Of a DNA stretch of 40,644 bases, positions 27,683 through 36,210 are shown piece after piece. The notes beneath the pieces were generated by a model, which was not told where the DNA came from, ran no database searches, and saw only the letters and a list, made by a program, of their open reading frames with translations. The DNA is taken from the NCBI GenBank assembly GCA_017062915.1, contig GCA_017062915.1_4331.1. One strand, written 5' to 3'. Positions within the stretch are counted from its first letter, which is position 1, and each line of letters opens with the position of its first letter. Made by a program: the position numbers and the translations under genes. Source of the DNA: a phage.

Positions 27683-27892
27683 TTCATGCGTCGCTGCTCT
27701 AAAATTAAGTTCTTCACGAGGGATAAAACCTCTATCAGTTTTTACGTAACAAGTTGTGTAACTGTACATTACCTCTCTGCCTGTGATATCTCCGTAGTTC
27801 TCACACTCGTGTTTATCTAAGCTGCGTACACCAACAGCAGTTACCAGTAAAACCGCCGATACCGTCAATACCGCTTTAATTAAGTCTTTCAT
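27680..27892 (-). CDS. small secreted protein (signal peptide plus about 45-aa two-Cys domain), accessory gene
   Basis: N-terminal MKDLIKAVLTVSAVLLVTAVGVRS signal-like segment; own early-class promoter; reverse orientation inside the forward late block. Confidence 0.5.
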   Translation of the reverse strand: MKDLIKAVLTVSAVLLVTAVGVRSLDKHECENYGDITGREVMYSYTTCYVKTDRGFIPREELNFRAATHE

Positions 27893-27926
27893 CTTTAAAT
27901 TCCTTATCTCTCGTTTCGATAACTGA

Positions 27927-27955
27927 ATAGTACCCTATTATATTGGTGTCTGCAA
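27927..27955 (-). promoter_or_regulatory. early-class promoter TTGCAG-N17-TACTAT with AATAG-N4-CTATT palindrome
   Basis: Same module and leader (TTATCGAAACGAGAGATAAGGA) as the promoter at 17220. Confidence 0.55.
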
Positions 27956-28021
27956 ACTATTTGTTTACGTATTACAGTTATTCCTCCTAATTGTAAATGT
28001 TGGAATAAACTATTCGAATAG

Positions 28022-28259
28022 TTGACTTTTCACTAAAAATATGCTAAGCTCCACCTGAGCTTGTGAAGTATGAACAAGCGACCGCGGCGCGGGCAGGTAA
28101 CGGAGCGGGACGTAAGTCATGAGTGTAGTTACGCTGACGCGTTCGGAAGGGCCATACTCTATTGCTTGTGTAAAAAGTAACTGGTTTACTGAGATTACGC
28201 CGTTTCTATGTTTAAATGATAAGGACTAGCGCCCCGCTTTAAGGCGGGGCTTTACTTAT
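28022..28259 (+). ncRNA. candidate promoter-proximal structured RNA element, copy 2
   Basis: TTGACT-N17-TAAGCT promoter (28022-28050), conserved core shared with copy 1, intrinsic terminator GCCCCGC-TTTAAG-GCGGGGC plus T-tract at 28231-28259. Confidence 0.4.
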
Positions 28260-28274
28260 CGAGAAAGGAGAAAC

Positions 28275-28661
28275 ATGAATCTTAAAGCAACTGTCGTAGC
28301 GGGAGCATGTTTCATCGTCCTGTTATATGCACACGGCATCTACCAGTACCGCGTCGGCTGGAACGAAGGCCGGGCGAATATCATTTCGCAGCAACAGCAG
28401 AAAGCACAGGCTGAGTTAGCGAAGAAAACACAACGGCAGCAGCAGGACGAATCAAAGGCCGCAGCCGCTGACAACGAAGGCAAGACGAAATCAGAGGTGA
28501 TTACCCGTGAAGTCGTTAAGTACATTAGAACGCCTGGTCGCAGCGTGTGCACTTTCGATGATGCTCGCGTCCTGCTCAAGTCCCGTGCCATCGCAAACGC
28601 CAATTCCATCCCCGGATACGACGATGATGCAGCCGCCATGCAAGCTGGCTCTGCCAAGTAG
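28275..28661 (+). CDS. inner-membrane spanin (Rz-like)
   Basis: N-terminal TM segment, Gln/Ala-rich coiled-coil region, RBS AAAGGAG; contains an embedded lipoprotein gene in another frame. Confidence 0.6.
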   Translation: MNLKATVVAGACFIVLLYAHGIYQYRVGWNEGRANIISQQQQKAQAELAKKTQRQQQDESKAAAADNEGKTKSEVITREVVKYIRTPGRSVCTFDDARVLLKSRAIANANSIPGYDDDAAAMQAGSAK

Positions 28662-28770
28662 AGACGCTGACGAGGATTTGGCTATTGACGTCCAGAACGC
28701 CGAATGTGTACGGCAACTGCGCCTGAAAGTATTCCAGTTGCAGGATTATGTGAGGAATATTCTGGAATAG
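28507..28770 (+). CDS. outer-membrane spanin lipoprotein (Rz1-like), overlapping the Rz-like gene
   Basis: Lipoprotein signal with lipobox LASC, Pro-rich mature region; overlapping out-of-frame arrangement typical of Rz/Rz1. Confidence 0.55.
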   Translation: MKSLSTLERLVAACALSMMLASCSSPVPSQTPIPSPDTTMMQPPCKLALPSRDADEDLAIDVQNAECVRQLRLKVFQLQDYVRNILE

Positions 28771-28799
28771 TTGCCTTGCATGTTGGAATAATTTATTCT
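28771..28799 (+). promoter_or_regulatory. candidate promoter TTGCCT-N17-TATTCT upstream of the scaffold/capsid genes
   Basis: Shares AATAGTTG and ATGTTGGAATAA blocks with the region upstream of ncRNA copy 2; followed by leader hairpin TCCGGG-TGG-CCCGGA. Confidence 0.35.
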
Positions 28800-28849
28800 T
28801 TACATGTAAATCCGGGTGGCCCGGATTCCAACGTCCAGGGGACATACTG

Positions 28850-29476
28850 ATGAGCGAAGAAGTGAAAGACGAAACTATCGAACAACAAGAGCCTAAGACC
28901 ACGTTCACTAAAGAAGAAGTTGACGCGCTGGTATCTGGTCTTAAAGCTAACAACGAGAAACTCTTGTCTGAAAAGAAAGCCGCTGCCGCTGCTGCTAAAG
29001 AAGCCGCAGATGCGAAGCTGAAAGCCGAGCAAGAACGTGCTAAGCAGAACGGCGAACTTGAGGCATTCGAGAAAACGTTGCGCAGTCAGTATGAGCCTGT
29101 ACTCGCTGAGAAAGACGGCAAGATTAGCAAGATGGCGGAGCGTATCCTCGGCGCAGAACGTAAATCAGTTATCAGCCAGTTGTCTGGCATGTTGATTGAC
29201 GAGAGCGCAGCAGATATCATCGCTATGATGGTTAAGACCGAATTCGATGGCGACGACGTCGTTACTAAGTTCACCGGTGCAGACGGCAACGTCATCACCA
29301 CCGACGCAGAACAATTTAAAAAGTATCTGCGTGAGCACAAAGCATTCTCGCATCTCATTAAAGCAGACGCAGCAACCGGCGGCGGGGCTTCCGGTAACAA
29401 AAATTCTACTGGCGGGGCCGGTGGTACGGACGTAATCCAGCAAAAACTTAACGCCAAATACGGCAAACGAGGATAA
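28850..29476 (+). CDS. scaffolding protein (putative)
   Basis: 208 aa, acidic N-terminus, Ala/Lys/Glu-rich helical region, Gly-rich C-terminal tail; immediately upstream of the capsid gene. Confidence 0.5.
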   Translation: MSEEVKDETIEQQEPKTTFTKEEVDALVSGLKANNEKLLSEKKAAAAAAKEAADAKLKAEQERAKQNGELEAFEKTLRSQYEPVLAEKDGKISKMAERILGAERKSVISQLSGMLIDESAADIIAMMVKTEFDGDDVVTKFTGADGNVITTDAEQFKKYLREHKAFSHLIKADAATGGGASGNKNSTGGAGGTDVIQQKLNAKYGKRG

Positions 29477-29482
29477 CAGAAT

Positions 29483-30451
29483 ATGTCTCTGTCAGATATG
29501 AATGTTTATAACGACGATATCGTCGGCACTACTATCGAATTGCTCGGTCAGAAAACTGACCAGTTCAACGCAGCTTCTGGTGGTGCAATTGTACTGTCTA
29601 CCGCTTCATGGCGCGGTGACTTCTCCCGCGAGTCTTTCTTTAACCAGATTGCCTCTGCTAAACGTCGTGTTGACCGTTACGCGGCTATCGCATCTCAGGC
29701 CGCTACCGCGCTGACCCAGGGTGAACATGTTGGCGTTAAAGTAGCAGGCGGCTTTGGCCCCGTTCTGTTCGAACCAGCACAGATGACCTGGCTGAACGAA
29801 GACCCGGCAAGCGCGATTCGTGCTATTTCAGAAGGTTTCTCCGACGCGCTGTTAGCCGACCAGCTTAACACCGCTGTTGGTGCTGCCGTTGCTGCGGTAT
29901 CAGGCCAGACTGCACTGGTTAACGACGTATCTGCGTCCGCCGGCCTGTCACTGAACGTACTGAACAACAGCCACGCAAAATTTGGTGACCAGTCTCAGTT
30001 GCTGATTACTGACATCATGACCGGTGCTGCTTACCACACCCTGGTAGACAAAGCGCTGACCAACGCAAACCAGTTGTTCGTTGCCGGTAACGTTATGGTT
30101 GTTGATGTCCTCGGCAAGCGTTATGTAATCTCCGACATCCCAGCGCTGTACGAAGCAGGTACGCCGAACAAGACCAAGGTCCTGTCCGTAGTTGCGAATG
30201 GCATCATCGTTGATAATGCTTCCGACATTATCAGCAACATCGATACCAGCAACGGCAACACCCGCATCCAGACCACCTGGCAGGCGGACTACAGTTTCGG
30301 CCTGAAACTGAAAGGCTATAGCTGGGATGTAACAAACGGCGGTAAATCTCCGCTGGACGCTGAACTGTTCACCGCGTCCAACTGGGACAAAGCTGTTGCC
30401 GAGAACAAGCACACTCTCGGTACTCTGGCAATCGCCGACGCGGACCTGTAA
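29483..30451 (+). CDS. major capsid protein
   Basis: 322 aa, strong RBS GAGGA, followed directly by a terminator (high-expression context); position after the scaffold gene. Confidence 0.6.
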   Translation: MSLSDMNVYNDDIVGTTIELLGQKTDQFNAASGGAIVLSTASWRGDFSRESFFNQIASAKRRVDRYAAIASQAATALTQGEHVGVKVAGGFGPVLFEPAQMTWLNEDPASAIRAISEGFSDALLADQLNTAVGAAVAAVSGQTALVNDVSASAGLSLNVLNNSHAKFGDQSQLLITDIMTGAAYHTLVDKALTNANQLFVAGNVMVVDVLGKRYVISDIPALYEAGTPNKTKVLSVVANGIIVDNASDIISNIDTSNGNTRIQTTWQADYSFGLKLKGYSWDVTNGGKSPLDAELFTASNWDKAVAENKHTLGTLAIADADL

Positions 30452-30472
30452 TACGGTTGATGGTAAAAACAA

Positions 30473-30493
30473 AGGGGCTACGGCCCCTTTTTA
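30473..30493 (+). terminator. rho-independent terminator after the capsid gene
   Basis: AGGGGC-TACG-GCCCCT followed by TTTTT. Confidence 0.6.
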
Positions 30494-30508
30494 CTAGGAG
30501 AAATTAAA

Positions 30509-30676
30509 GTGGAAATTAAATACGTACCTATGCCTATTACCGTAGAACAGAAGCGGGAGTACAACCGTCAAGGTTTCCGTGTGGTAGATGCACGTTTCGC
30601 ACCCGAAGGCACCGTGATAGAATCGACTAAAGAAGAAACACCACGCCGCCAGCGCCGGGCGAAGTCTGAGGAATAA
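30509..30676 (+). CDS. small hypothetical protein (55 aa)
   Basis: GTG start with RBS AGGAG at 8 nt; fills the gap before the next gene. Confidence 0.35.
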   Translation: MEIKYVPMPITVEQKREYNRQGFRVVDARFAPEGTVIESTKEETPRRQRRAKSEE

Positions 30677-30679
30677 TTT

Positions 30680-31192
30680 ATGCCGCTAATCGTGGAAGAC
30701 GGGTCAATAGTCCCGAATGCTGACAGTTACGTTAGCCTGGCTGACGCCCGCGCGTTAGCGGCTAATTACGGTCTTGAGCTACCGGCAGACGATACTGATG
30801 CCGAAGTAGCCCTGCGAAATGGCGCTACGTATGTCGGCCTGTCCGAACCGCAGATGTGCGGTCGCCGTGTGTCAGCCGAGCAGTCACTGGCGTACCCACG
30901 TACAGGAACAACCCTGAACGGCTTCCCTGTGGCGAACAATGTAATTCCTAAGCAGGTAATTCTCGCACAGGTAATCGCCGCGGTAACATACGGTTCCGGT
31001 ACAGAGGTACGCGCCAACTCAGACGGGCGTTCAGTACAGACTGAGCGCGTAGAGGGCGCGGTAACCGTTACCTACTTCAACAACGGCAGTTCTGGAGCCA
31101 CTACATCAATCACCGCAGCCGATGACGCCTTACGCCCGCTTCTTTGCGGTGGTCTTAACAATGGCTTCTCGTTTAACGTGTACCGGGGCTAA
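30680..31192 (+). CDS. head-tail connector / head completion protein (putative)
   Basis: Position between the capsid and major tail genes; 170 aa. Confidence 0.4.
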   Translation: MPLIVEDGSIVPNADSYVSLADARALAANYGLELPADDTDAEVALRNGATYVGLSEPQMCGRRVSAEQSLAYPRTGTTLNGFPVANNVIPKQVILAQVIAAVTYGSGTEVRANSDGRSVQTERVEGAVTVTYFNNGSSGATTSITAADDALRPLLCGGLNNGFSFNVYRG

Positions 31193-31194
31193 AA

Positions 31195-31821
31195 ATGGCG
31201 AAGACTAAAACAGAGATATTTACACTAATTGGGTCTGAATTACCAGATAACACAACCGGGCTAATCACCCCGGAGAAGTTACGCGGTGTTCTTACCCAAA
31301 TGGCCGACTCACCTATTTATGCCACTCCCGGCGTGAAAGAGGTTGAGGTGCTACGCGCCGCGTCTACTGTCACCCAGGCTCCGTCCGCGGTCGATACCGC
31401 GTTGCAACTAACCTTCGGTGCTGCGCAAGGTAGCGCCTCCGACCCTGTTATGATTAACGCGGCGGGTCTGGTAACTTTCAACACGGCTGGTAACTATGCC
31501 GTTCGCATTAAGCTACAGGCGTGGCGCACTGGGGCCAGCGGCACGTCTATCCTGTTATCCCGTATTCTGGTAAACGGCGCTCAGTATGGCTCACCGGCAG
31601 CTACGAAACTGGTTAGCGCGGAAACTACCAGTCCCATTGAATCGCGTGTAGTGATTAACCCAACAGCCGGACAAACATTTGCGGTTCAGATTATGCGGGA
31701 TAGCGCCGGGACAAACTTCGGTGGCGTATACCCGCAAGCCGCAACCGTAACCGCATGGGGTACCGCATGGGGTACCGCACCTTCGGCTTTACTGGTTATC
31801 TCGATACTGGAGGCTGCGTAA
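31195..31821 (+). CDS. head-tail joining protein (putative)
   Basis: 208 aa; contains a tandem 12-bp coding repeat (AWGTAWGT). Confidence 0.4.
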   Translation: MAKTKTEIFTLIGSELPDNTTGLITPEKLRGVLTQMADSPIYATPGVKEVEVLRAASTVTQAPSAVDTALQLTFGAAQGSASDPVMINAAGLVTFNTAGNYAVRIKLQAWRTGASGTSILLSRILVNGAQYGSPAATKLVSAETTSPIESRVVINPTAGQTFAVQIMRDSAGTNFGGVYPQAATVTAWGTAWGTAPSALLVISILEAA

Positions 31822-32180
31822 TGAGCACCGCCTTTAGTAAACGTATGCAGGGCGTGGGGACACGCCTGCTAACCAAATTCGGCAGCACGGTATCTCTGGT
31901 TCGCGCTGGCTCGAAAGTGTGGGATGAAGTTCTCGGCGAATACGTCTGGTCGGACGATGAAGTGCTGCCGTTGAAAGCGGTTCCCGTTCCTGTTAATGCC
32001 GGTTTAATTAACGGCACAACCGCTCAGGCCGGAGACATGATTGTTAAAGCGGATTACAGCGTCGTTCCGAAGATGGAAGACAAGGTGCAATTCGGCGGTG
32101 AGCAGTGGTCTGTTGTAGCCATCGAGAAGAAGATGGTTAACGATGACGTTGTGGCTTATTTCATTCAGGTGAGAAAATGA
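31821..32180 (+). CDS. head-tail joining protein (putative)
   Basis: Start at ATG MSTAFSK overlapping the previous stop; the track ORF begins earlier at 31755. Confidence 0.4.
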   Translation: MSTAFSKRMQGVGTRLLTKFGSTVSLVRAGSKVWDEVLGEYVWSDDEVLPLKAVPVPVNAGLINGTTAQAGDMIVKADYSVVPKMEDKVQFGGEQWSVVAIEKKMVNDDVVAYFIQVRK

Positions 32181-32572
32181 GTTTCGCGCTTGATGTATCA
32201 AAGTTCGTCGAGAAGGCGAAGAAGAACCCTGAAACGGTGATGCGTCAGGTGTCTATCAAGCTGTTTTCCGCTATTATAAAGGCGAGTCCGGTGGACACCG
32301 GGCGTTTTCGTATGAACTGGATGCCATCCGGCGGAACTCCGGCTTCTGGTACTACAGATGCTACCGACAAATCGGGAAACACCGCGACCGGAAACGCCAC
32401 TAGTTTCGTGCTGAAAGCCGCCGACTGGAAGGAGTTCACGCTGACTAATAACCTGCCGTATGCACAACGGCTGGAGTACGGTTGGTCGCAACAGGCCCCG
32501 CAAGGCATGGTCAGGACTAACGTGTCACGCTTCCAGCAACTAATTAATGAAGAAGCCAACAAGGTGAAATGA
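32177..32572 (+). CDS. tail completion protein (putative)
   Basis: 131 aa, coupled. Confidence 0.4.
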   Translation: MSFALDVSKFVEKAKKNPETVMRQVSIKLFSAIIKASPVDTGRFRMNWMPSGGTPASGTTDATDKSGNTATGNATSFVLKAADWKEFTLTNNLPYAQRLEYGWSQQAPQGMVRTNVSRFQQLINEEANKVK

Positions 32573-32985
32573 TGGGCTACTTTGAGGACTTAACCAAAGC
32601 GTTCGACGTGCCGCTGGTAGCCTTCGGAAACACCAACGGCATCAAAGTTGCGCTTGAGAATATCGACGCCCCAACGTCAACTGATACTCCGTATCTGGCT
32701 AGCTACATGCTACTGGCGGATACCGAGCAGGCCGACTTATTTTTCACAGAGCAACGCGCCGGTGTTTATCAGGTGGACATTAACTACGCATCGGTGAAAG
32801 GTAGCGCGCCAATCAATAAAATGGCAGACTTACTTAACACGGCATTCAAAGCAGGTAAGTCTTTTTCACGTAACGACATCTGCGCCGAAGTGCAATCGGT
32901 TAGCCTGGGGCCGCTGATTGTAGAAAATGGATGGGCCAAACGACCATTATCAATTAACTTTATTGCATTCACCAAGAGGCTGTGA
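32569..32985 (+). CDS. tail terminator / completion protein (putative)
   Basis: 138 aa, coupled. Confidence 0.4.
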   Translation: MMGYFEDLTKAFDVPLVAFGNTNGIKVALENIDAPTSTDTPYLASYMLLADTEQADLFFTEQRAGVYQVDINYASVKGSAPINKMADLLNTAFKAGKSFSRNDICAEVQSVSLGPLIVENGWAKRPLSINFIAFTKRL

Positions 32986-32987
32986 AT

Positions 32988-34154
32988 ATGGCTACAACTC
33001 CTTTTAAGGGCGCGAATACCGCGCAATTCTATGTGGCGGAAACTACCCCGGGCGTGACACCGACTTCCCCGGTATGGTCGCCGTTGCGTAACACTGGCGG
33101 CGTTCCCGCGGTAACCCGCGACGCGCTGACCTCCAACGAACTGGACGGCAGCCGTGAAACCACGTCTATCCGCACCGGCAACAAACAGGTAACAGGTGAA
33201 TACGCCATTGAGCTTAGCTCAAAAAGTCAGGATGATTTCCTCGCCGGTGCGATGACATCTACGTGGCAGGCTGGCGTCGAGATTACTGGCGCGGAAATTA
33301 CTGTAGCCCCGGTTGGTAAAACGTTCACCCGCGCAACCGGTAGCTTCATTACCGACGGCGTTGAAGTTGGCGACCTGATTGCGTTCACCGGACTGACGGG
33401 CGATAACACTAAACCGTTCATCGTCACCGAAGTTTCCGCTCTTGTTGTAACAGGTGCGGGAGTTCAGCACACACTGACCGCAGAAACCGTAACTACCGAT
33501 GCAAAAACCGGCGACAAGCTGGAAACTGGTAACGCGTGTAAGACGTTCTCTATCCTGACCTGGTTCAAAGGCCAGTGCGGAAACCCTGACGCGTACATGC
33601 TGACCAAAGGTGTAGAAATCTCTGGTTTCACCATCGAGCAGGCGGTTAATGCGATGGTCACGGGCAGCTTCCCGTTCATCGGCCTGAGCCAGGAGATTCT
33701 TACGGCCCCTCCGGCTGGTTCCGACTTCTCTCAGGTTACGTTTACCGATGAGCCGTTCTCTTCGGTTGATGTGTCAGTGTTCGACGGTACGTCGCCGTTG
33801 CGTTGCGACACGCTGACCATTACCAACGACAACGGTGCTTCCGCCCAGTTCGAACTCGGCAACAGTAACGTAGCGTTCGTTGAACGAGGCCGCGCGGCAA
33901 ACACCTTCTCCATCTCCGGCAAGCTGTACGACATGGCTATGATTCAGAAGTTTATCAACGAGCAACAGGTAGAGATTAACTCTATTCTGGCGGGGGTAAA
34001 CGGGGCTATGTCATTCAGCCTGAAACGTGCCGAGTTGACCGCAGTTACACCGGAGATTGGCGGGCCAGAGTCAATCACTCAGTCTATTGAAGGCCAGGCA
34101 ACCGGCAACCAGTATCAGTCGTCTATCGTAATTCAGCGCATCACCTACGCATAA
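32988..34154 (+). CDS. major tail (tube) protein
   Basis: About 389 aa, RBS AAGAGG 8 nt before the ATG (MATTPFKG); last gene of the head-tail block, followed by a strong terminator. Confidence 0.55.
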   Translation: MATTPFKGANTAQFYVAETTPGVTPTSPVWSPLRNTGGVPAVTRDALTSNELDGSRETTSIRTGNKQVTGEYAIELSSKSQDDFLAGAMTSTWQAGVEITGAEITVAPVGKTFTRATGSFITDGVEVGDLIAFTGLTGDNTKPFIVTEVSALVVTGAGVQHTLTAETVTTDAKTGDKLETGNACKTFSILTWFKGQCGNPDAYMLTKGVEISGFTIEQAVNAMVTGSFPFIGLSQEILTAPPAGSDFSQVTFTDEPFSSVDVSVFDGTSPLRCDTLTITNDNGASAQFELGNSNVAFVERGRAANTFSISGKLYDMAMIQKFINEQQVEINSILAGVNGAMSFSLKRAELTAVTPEIGGPESITQSIEGQATGNQYQSSIVIQRITYA

Positions 34155-34159
34155 AACTA

Positions 34160-34184
34160 AGGCCCCTTTCGGGGCCTTTTTCTT
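34160..34184. terminator. bidirectional rho-independent terminator
   Basis: AGGCCCC-TTTC-GGGGCCT with T-runs on both strands; separates the major tail gene from the convergent accessory cassette. Confidence 0.65.
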
Positions 34185-34593
34185 ATTCATCAATATTATT
34201 CCTGTACTCTCGTAACTTCTCCAGACTTTCTATAGCCTCGTCTAAGTCCGTGCCTGTGTCCTTGTGCCCGCGCAACCCCATACATAACAGCTTTTTCAAT
34301 GCGTGTTGTAGCGCCGGGTCGCGGATGTCGAAAGCACGTAGCACATCATAGACGTCAACAGTCATTGTGCTGCCGTGTGTATTTGTCATGGTTCTGTCGT
34401 ATTTATTGACTTCCTTAAAGCGTGCGATACCTGATTCGGTAATGTTACCAATACAGAAGTAGGAACTATACTTAGTAGAGTACATCATCACATCTCCGTT
34501 GGGCGTGACTACTCCGTCATACACGACGCCTACTTTGAACCCGTTGCATTCCGCGTAAGGACTTACTGCGGTACATTCGTATTTTGAAGTCAT
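34183..34593 (-). CDS. hypothetical protein with DUF3310-like C-terminal region
   Basis: 136 aa; C-terminal DVYDVLRAF...ALQHALKKLL..GLRG.KD...DLDEAIESL resembles the DUF3310 phage pattern (from memory). Confidence 0.4.
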   Translation of the reverse strand: MTSKYECTAVSPYAECNGFKVGVVYDGVVTPNGDVMMYSTKYSSYFCIGNITESGIARFKEVNKYDRTMTNTHGSTMTVDVYDVLRAFDIRDPALQHALKKLLCMGLRGHKDTGTDLDEAIESLEKLREYRNNIDE

Positions 34594-34823
34594 AAATCGC
34601 TCTCCTCTGTAAGAATAATAACCGCAGAAATAGCTACGGCGGCTACATATAAAAGACGTATGCCCGTTAAGCTAGCCTGTGTGGCCTCTTCGTACAAACT
34701 AAAGAACACTGACGAGTCCATAGAGATGAAGCACAAGGCTAACGCCAGAATTAACACGGAGAAAGCCAGCACAAAGAAAATAGCAAGCGGCATTATGGCG
34801 AAAATCCACAATAACTTAATCAT
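34590..34823 (-). CDS. small two-helix membrane protein
   Basis: 77 aa; two long hydrophobic segments; ATGA coupling on both sides. Confidence 0.45.
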   Translation of the reverse strand: MIKLLWIFAIMPLAIFFVLAFSVLILALALCFISMDSSVFFSLYEEATQASLTGIRLLYVAAVAISAVIILTEESDL

Positions 34824-35950
34824 CCCAGCATCTCCGGTGAAATAGTTAAACGAGCGACCTCGCCGTATTCGGCGCTATAAGTAATTACATTTGCACTCCG
34901 GCCTGACATCCATCCGCCGCGGGAAGCGTAGGCATCTTTAGCGGCCAGGGTGCGGTGTTGTTCAACAATCATGTTACGGCTTTCAATAATTTTCTGGTGG
35001 TGGAGGTGGCCCACATGCGCGTAGCTGTAGACGCTCTCGCCGAACGCTTTGCGGAACTTGGCAATCATAACAGGCTCGATTGCGTCGAAGCGTGCCTTAT
35101 GCCCGTGGTGGAAGAACAGCGTCGTTTTGCCGTGTTGCACCATCTTGTACACATCTGGCGACGTATCGACGAACACACGTGGCTCATTGTCGTACAGTGT
35201 GCTGAACATCTCCGCCAGCCAAATCATCCCACTTTCGTCGTGGTTTCCCTGAACTATAAGCAAGCGAACAGTTTTATGTTTAACCAGCGCCATATCGACA
35301 ACACGGCGTACCATGCGAATCATATAGCGAACAAGTTTCTGATAGCGCGTGTCGGCGTCAAGGACATGACCACTCGCTGGCGTAACGGCGTCAAGACTGT
35401 CGAAGTGCGCCAGGTCCCCCAGAAGATTAATAACCCCCGTACCGGCATCCGGTGCTTTCTGGAACGCAGCGTCAAACCAGCGGGAGAACAAGTCTTCCGC
35501 GATTTTCATATCCCAGTCGTCGCCGCTCTCATCGGCCCAGGCTAACATTCCGAGATGGAAATCGGACACGGTGTACAGGTTAAGCAGCTTATCGTCACGT
35601 TTAGCCATGGCGGCCTTCACCGGAGCTACCGGGGTAATCTCAGACTTCATGCCTTCGATCACGGCTTTCATCAACTCGACCTGACGTTCGGCATCTGTAT
35701 CAGTCTTAACCCACTGCAACTTGGTGTTGCCGAACTCGTCAACCAGAGACGACGTACCCTTAATCTTGTAGCCGTCTGGTACAAGGTGGCTTACGTCACG
35801 CCCGTGACCCACGCCTTTCTTGGCCAGCTTCGCTTTACGGATGCGGATAACGCGGTCTGAGATGCCGTATTTACGGGCGATATCGATATTCTTCATCCCG
35901 GCGTTCAATTCTTCCTGTAATTGCTCGTCGGTTATTTTCTTCTGGGCCAT
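34820..35950 (-). CDS. HTH-domain protein fused to a calcineurin-like metallophosphoesterase
   Basis: Start at ATG with RBS GAGGAAG; N-terminal HTH (IDIARKYGISDRVIRIRKAK); complete metallophosphoesterase motif set DFH, GDLAHFD, GNHDE, HHGH, GHLHH. Confidence 0.65.
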   Translation of the reverse strand: MAQKKITDEQLQEELNAGMKNIDIARKYGISDRVIRIRKAKLAKKGVGHGRDVSHLVPDGYKIKGTSSLVDEFGNTKLQWVKTDTDAERQVELMKAVIEGMKSEITPVAPVKAAMAKRDDKLLNLYTVSDFHLGMLAWADESGDDWDMKIAEDLFSRWFDAAFQKAPDAGTGVINLLGDLAHFDSLDAVTPASGHVLDADTRYQKLVRYMIRMVRRVVDMALVKHKTVRLLIVQGNHDESGMIWLAEMFSTLYDNEPRVFVDTSPDVYKMVQHGKTTLFFHHGHKARFDAIEPVMIAKFRKAFGESVYSYAHVGHLHHQKIIESRNMIVEQHRTLAAKDAYASRGGWMSGRSANVITYSAEYGEVARLTISPEMLG

Positions 35951-35988
35951 GCTTACTTCCTCGTGTTTAGGATTTGTCTTATAGTAGC

Positions 35989-36180
35989 CTACTTCTCTTT
36001 CACGTTCGAGTTGCAAGCCCAGATTAAAATGAATACCCACGGCAACAAAACCCATCCGAGAAATAAGTTAGCCATGAATATCGCCAGCTTTGCTTTATGG
36101 TTACGGAAGTAGGCAACTAAAAAAGGCGCAAAGTACGCGAGCAGTGCAAACAGGATTAAGGAAATTGGTAAACTGGACAT
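35989..36180 (-). CDS. superinfection-immunity-like small membrane protein
   Basis: 63 aa, two TM helices; pattern YFAPFLVAYFRNHKAKLAIFMANLFLGW...LIWA matches the small Imm-like superinfection-immunity family (from memory); first gene after an early-class promoter. Confidence 0.5.
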   Translation of the reverse strand: MSSLPISLILFALLAYFAPFLVAYFRNHKAKLAIFMANLFLGWVLLPWVFILIWACNSNVKEK

Positions 36181-36210
36181 TTTAAAACCCTCTATTGTTG
36201 GTGTAAGTGA

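Noticed and set aside
28118-28228. Short ORF (MSVVTLTRSEGPYSIACV...) inside ncRNA copy 2
   Set aside because: The homologous frame in copy 1 starts with TTG and stops after 19 codons; differences between copies fall at first and second codon positions; RNA-level conservation fits better than a peptide.
31755-31790. Tandem 12-bp direct repeat GGTACCGCATGG
   Set aside because: Lies inside a coding region and simply encodes a duplicated AWGT peptide; no sign of a regulatory or CRISPR-like repeat array.
34955-35545. 196-aa plus-strand ORF antisense to the HTH-metallophosphoesterase gene
   Set aside because: The opposite frame carries a complete, ordered metallophosphoesterase motif set; this ORF has no start context.
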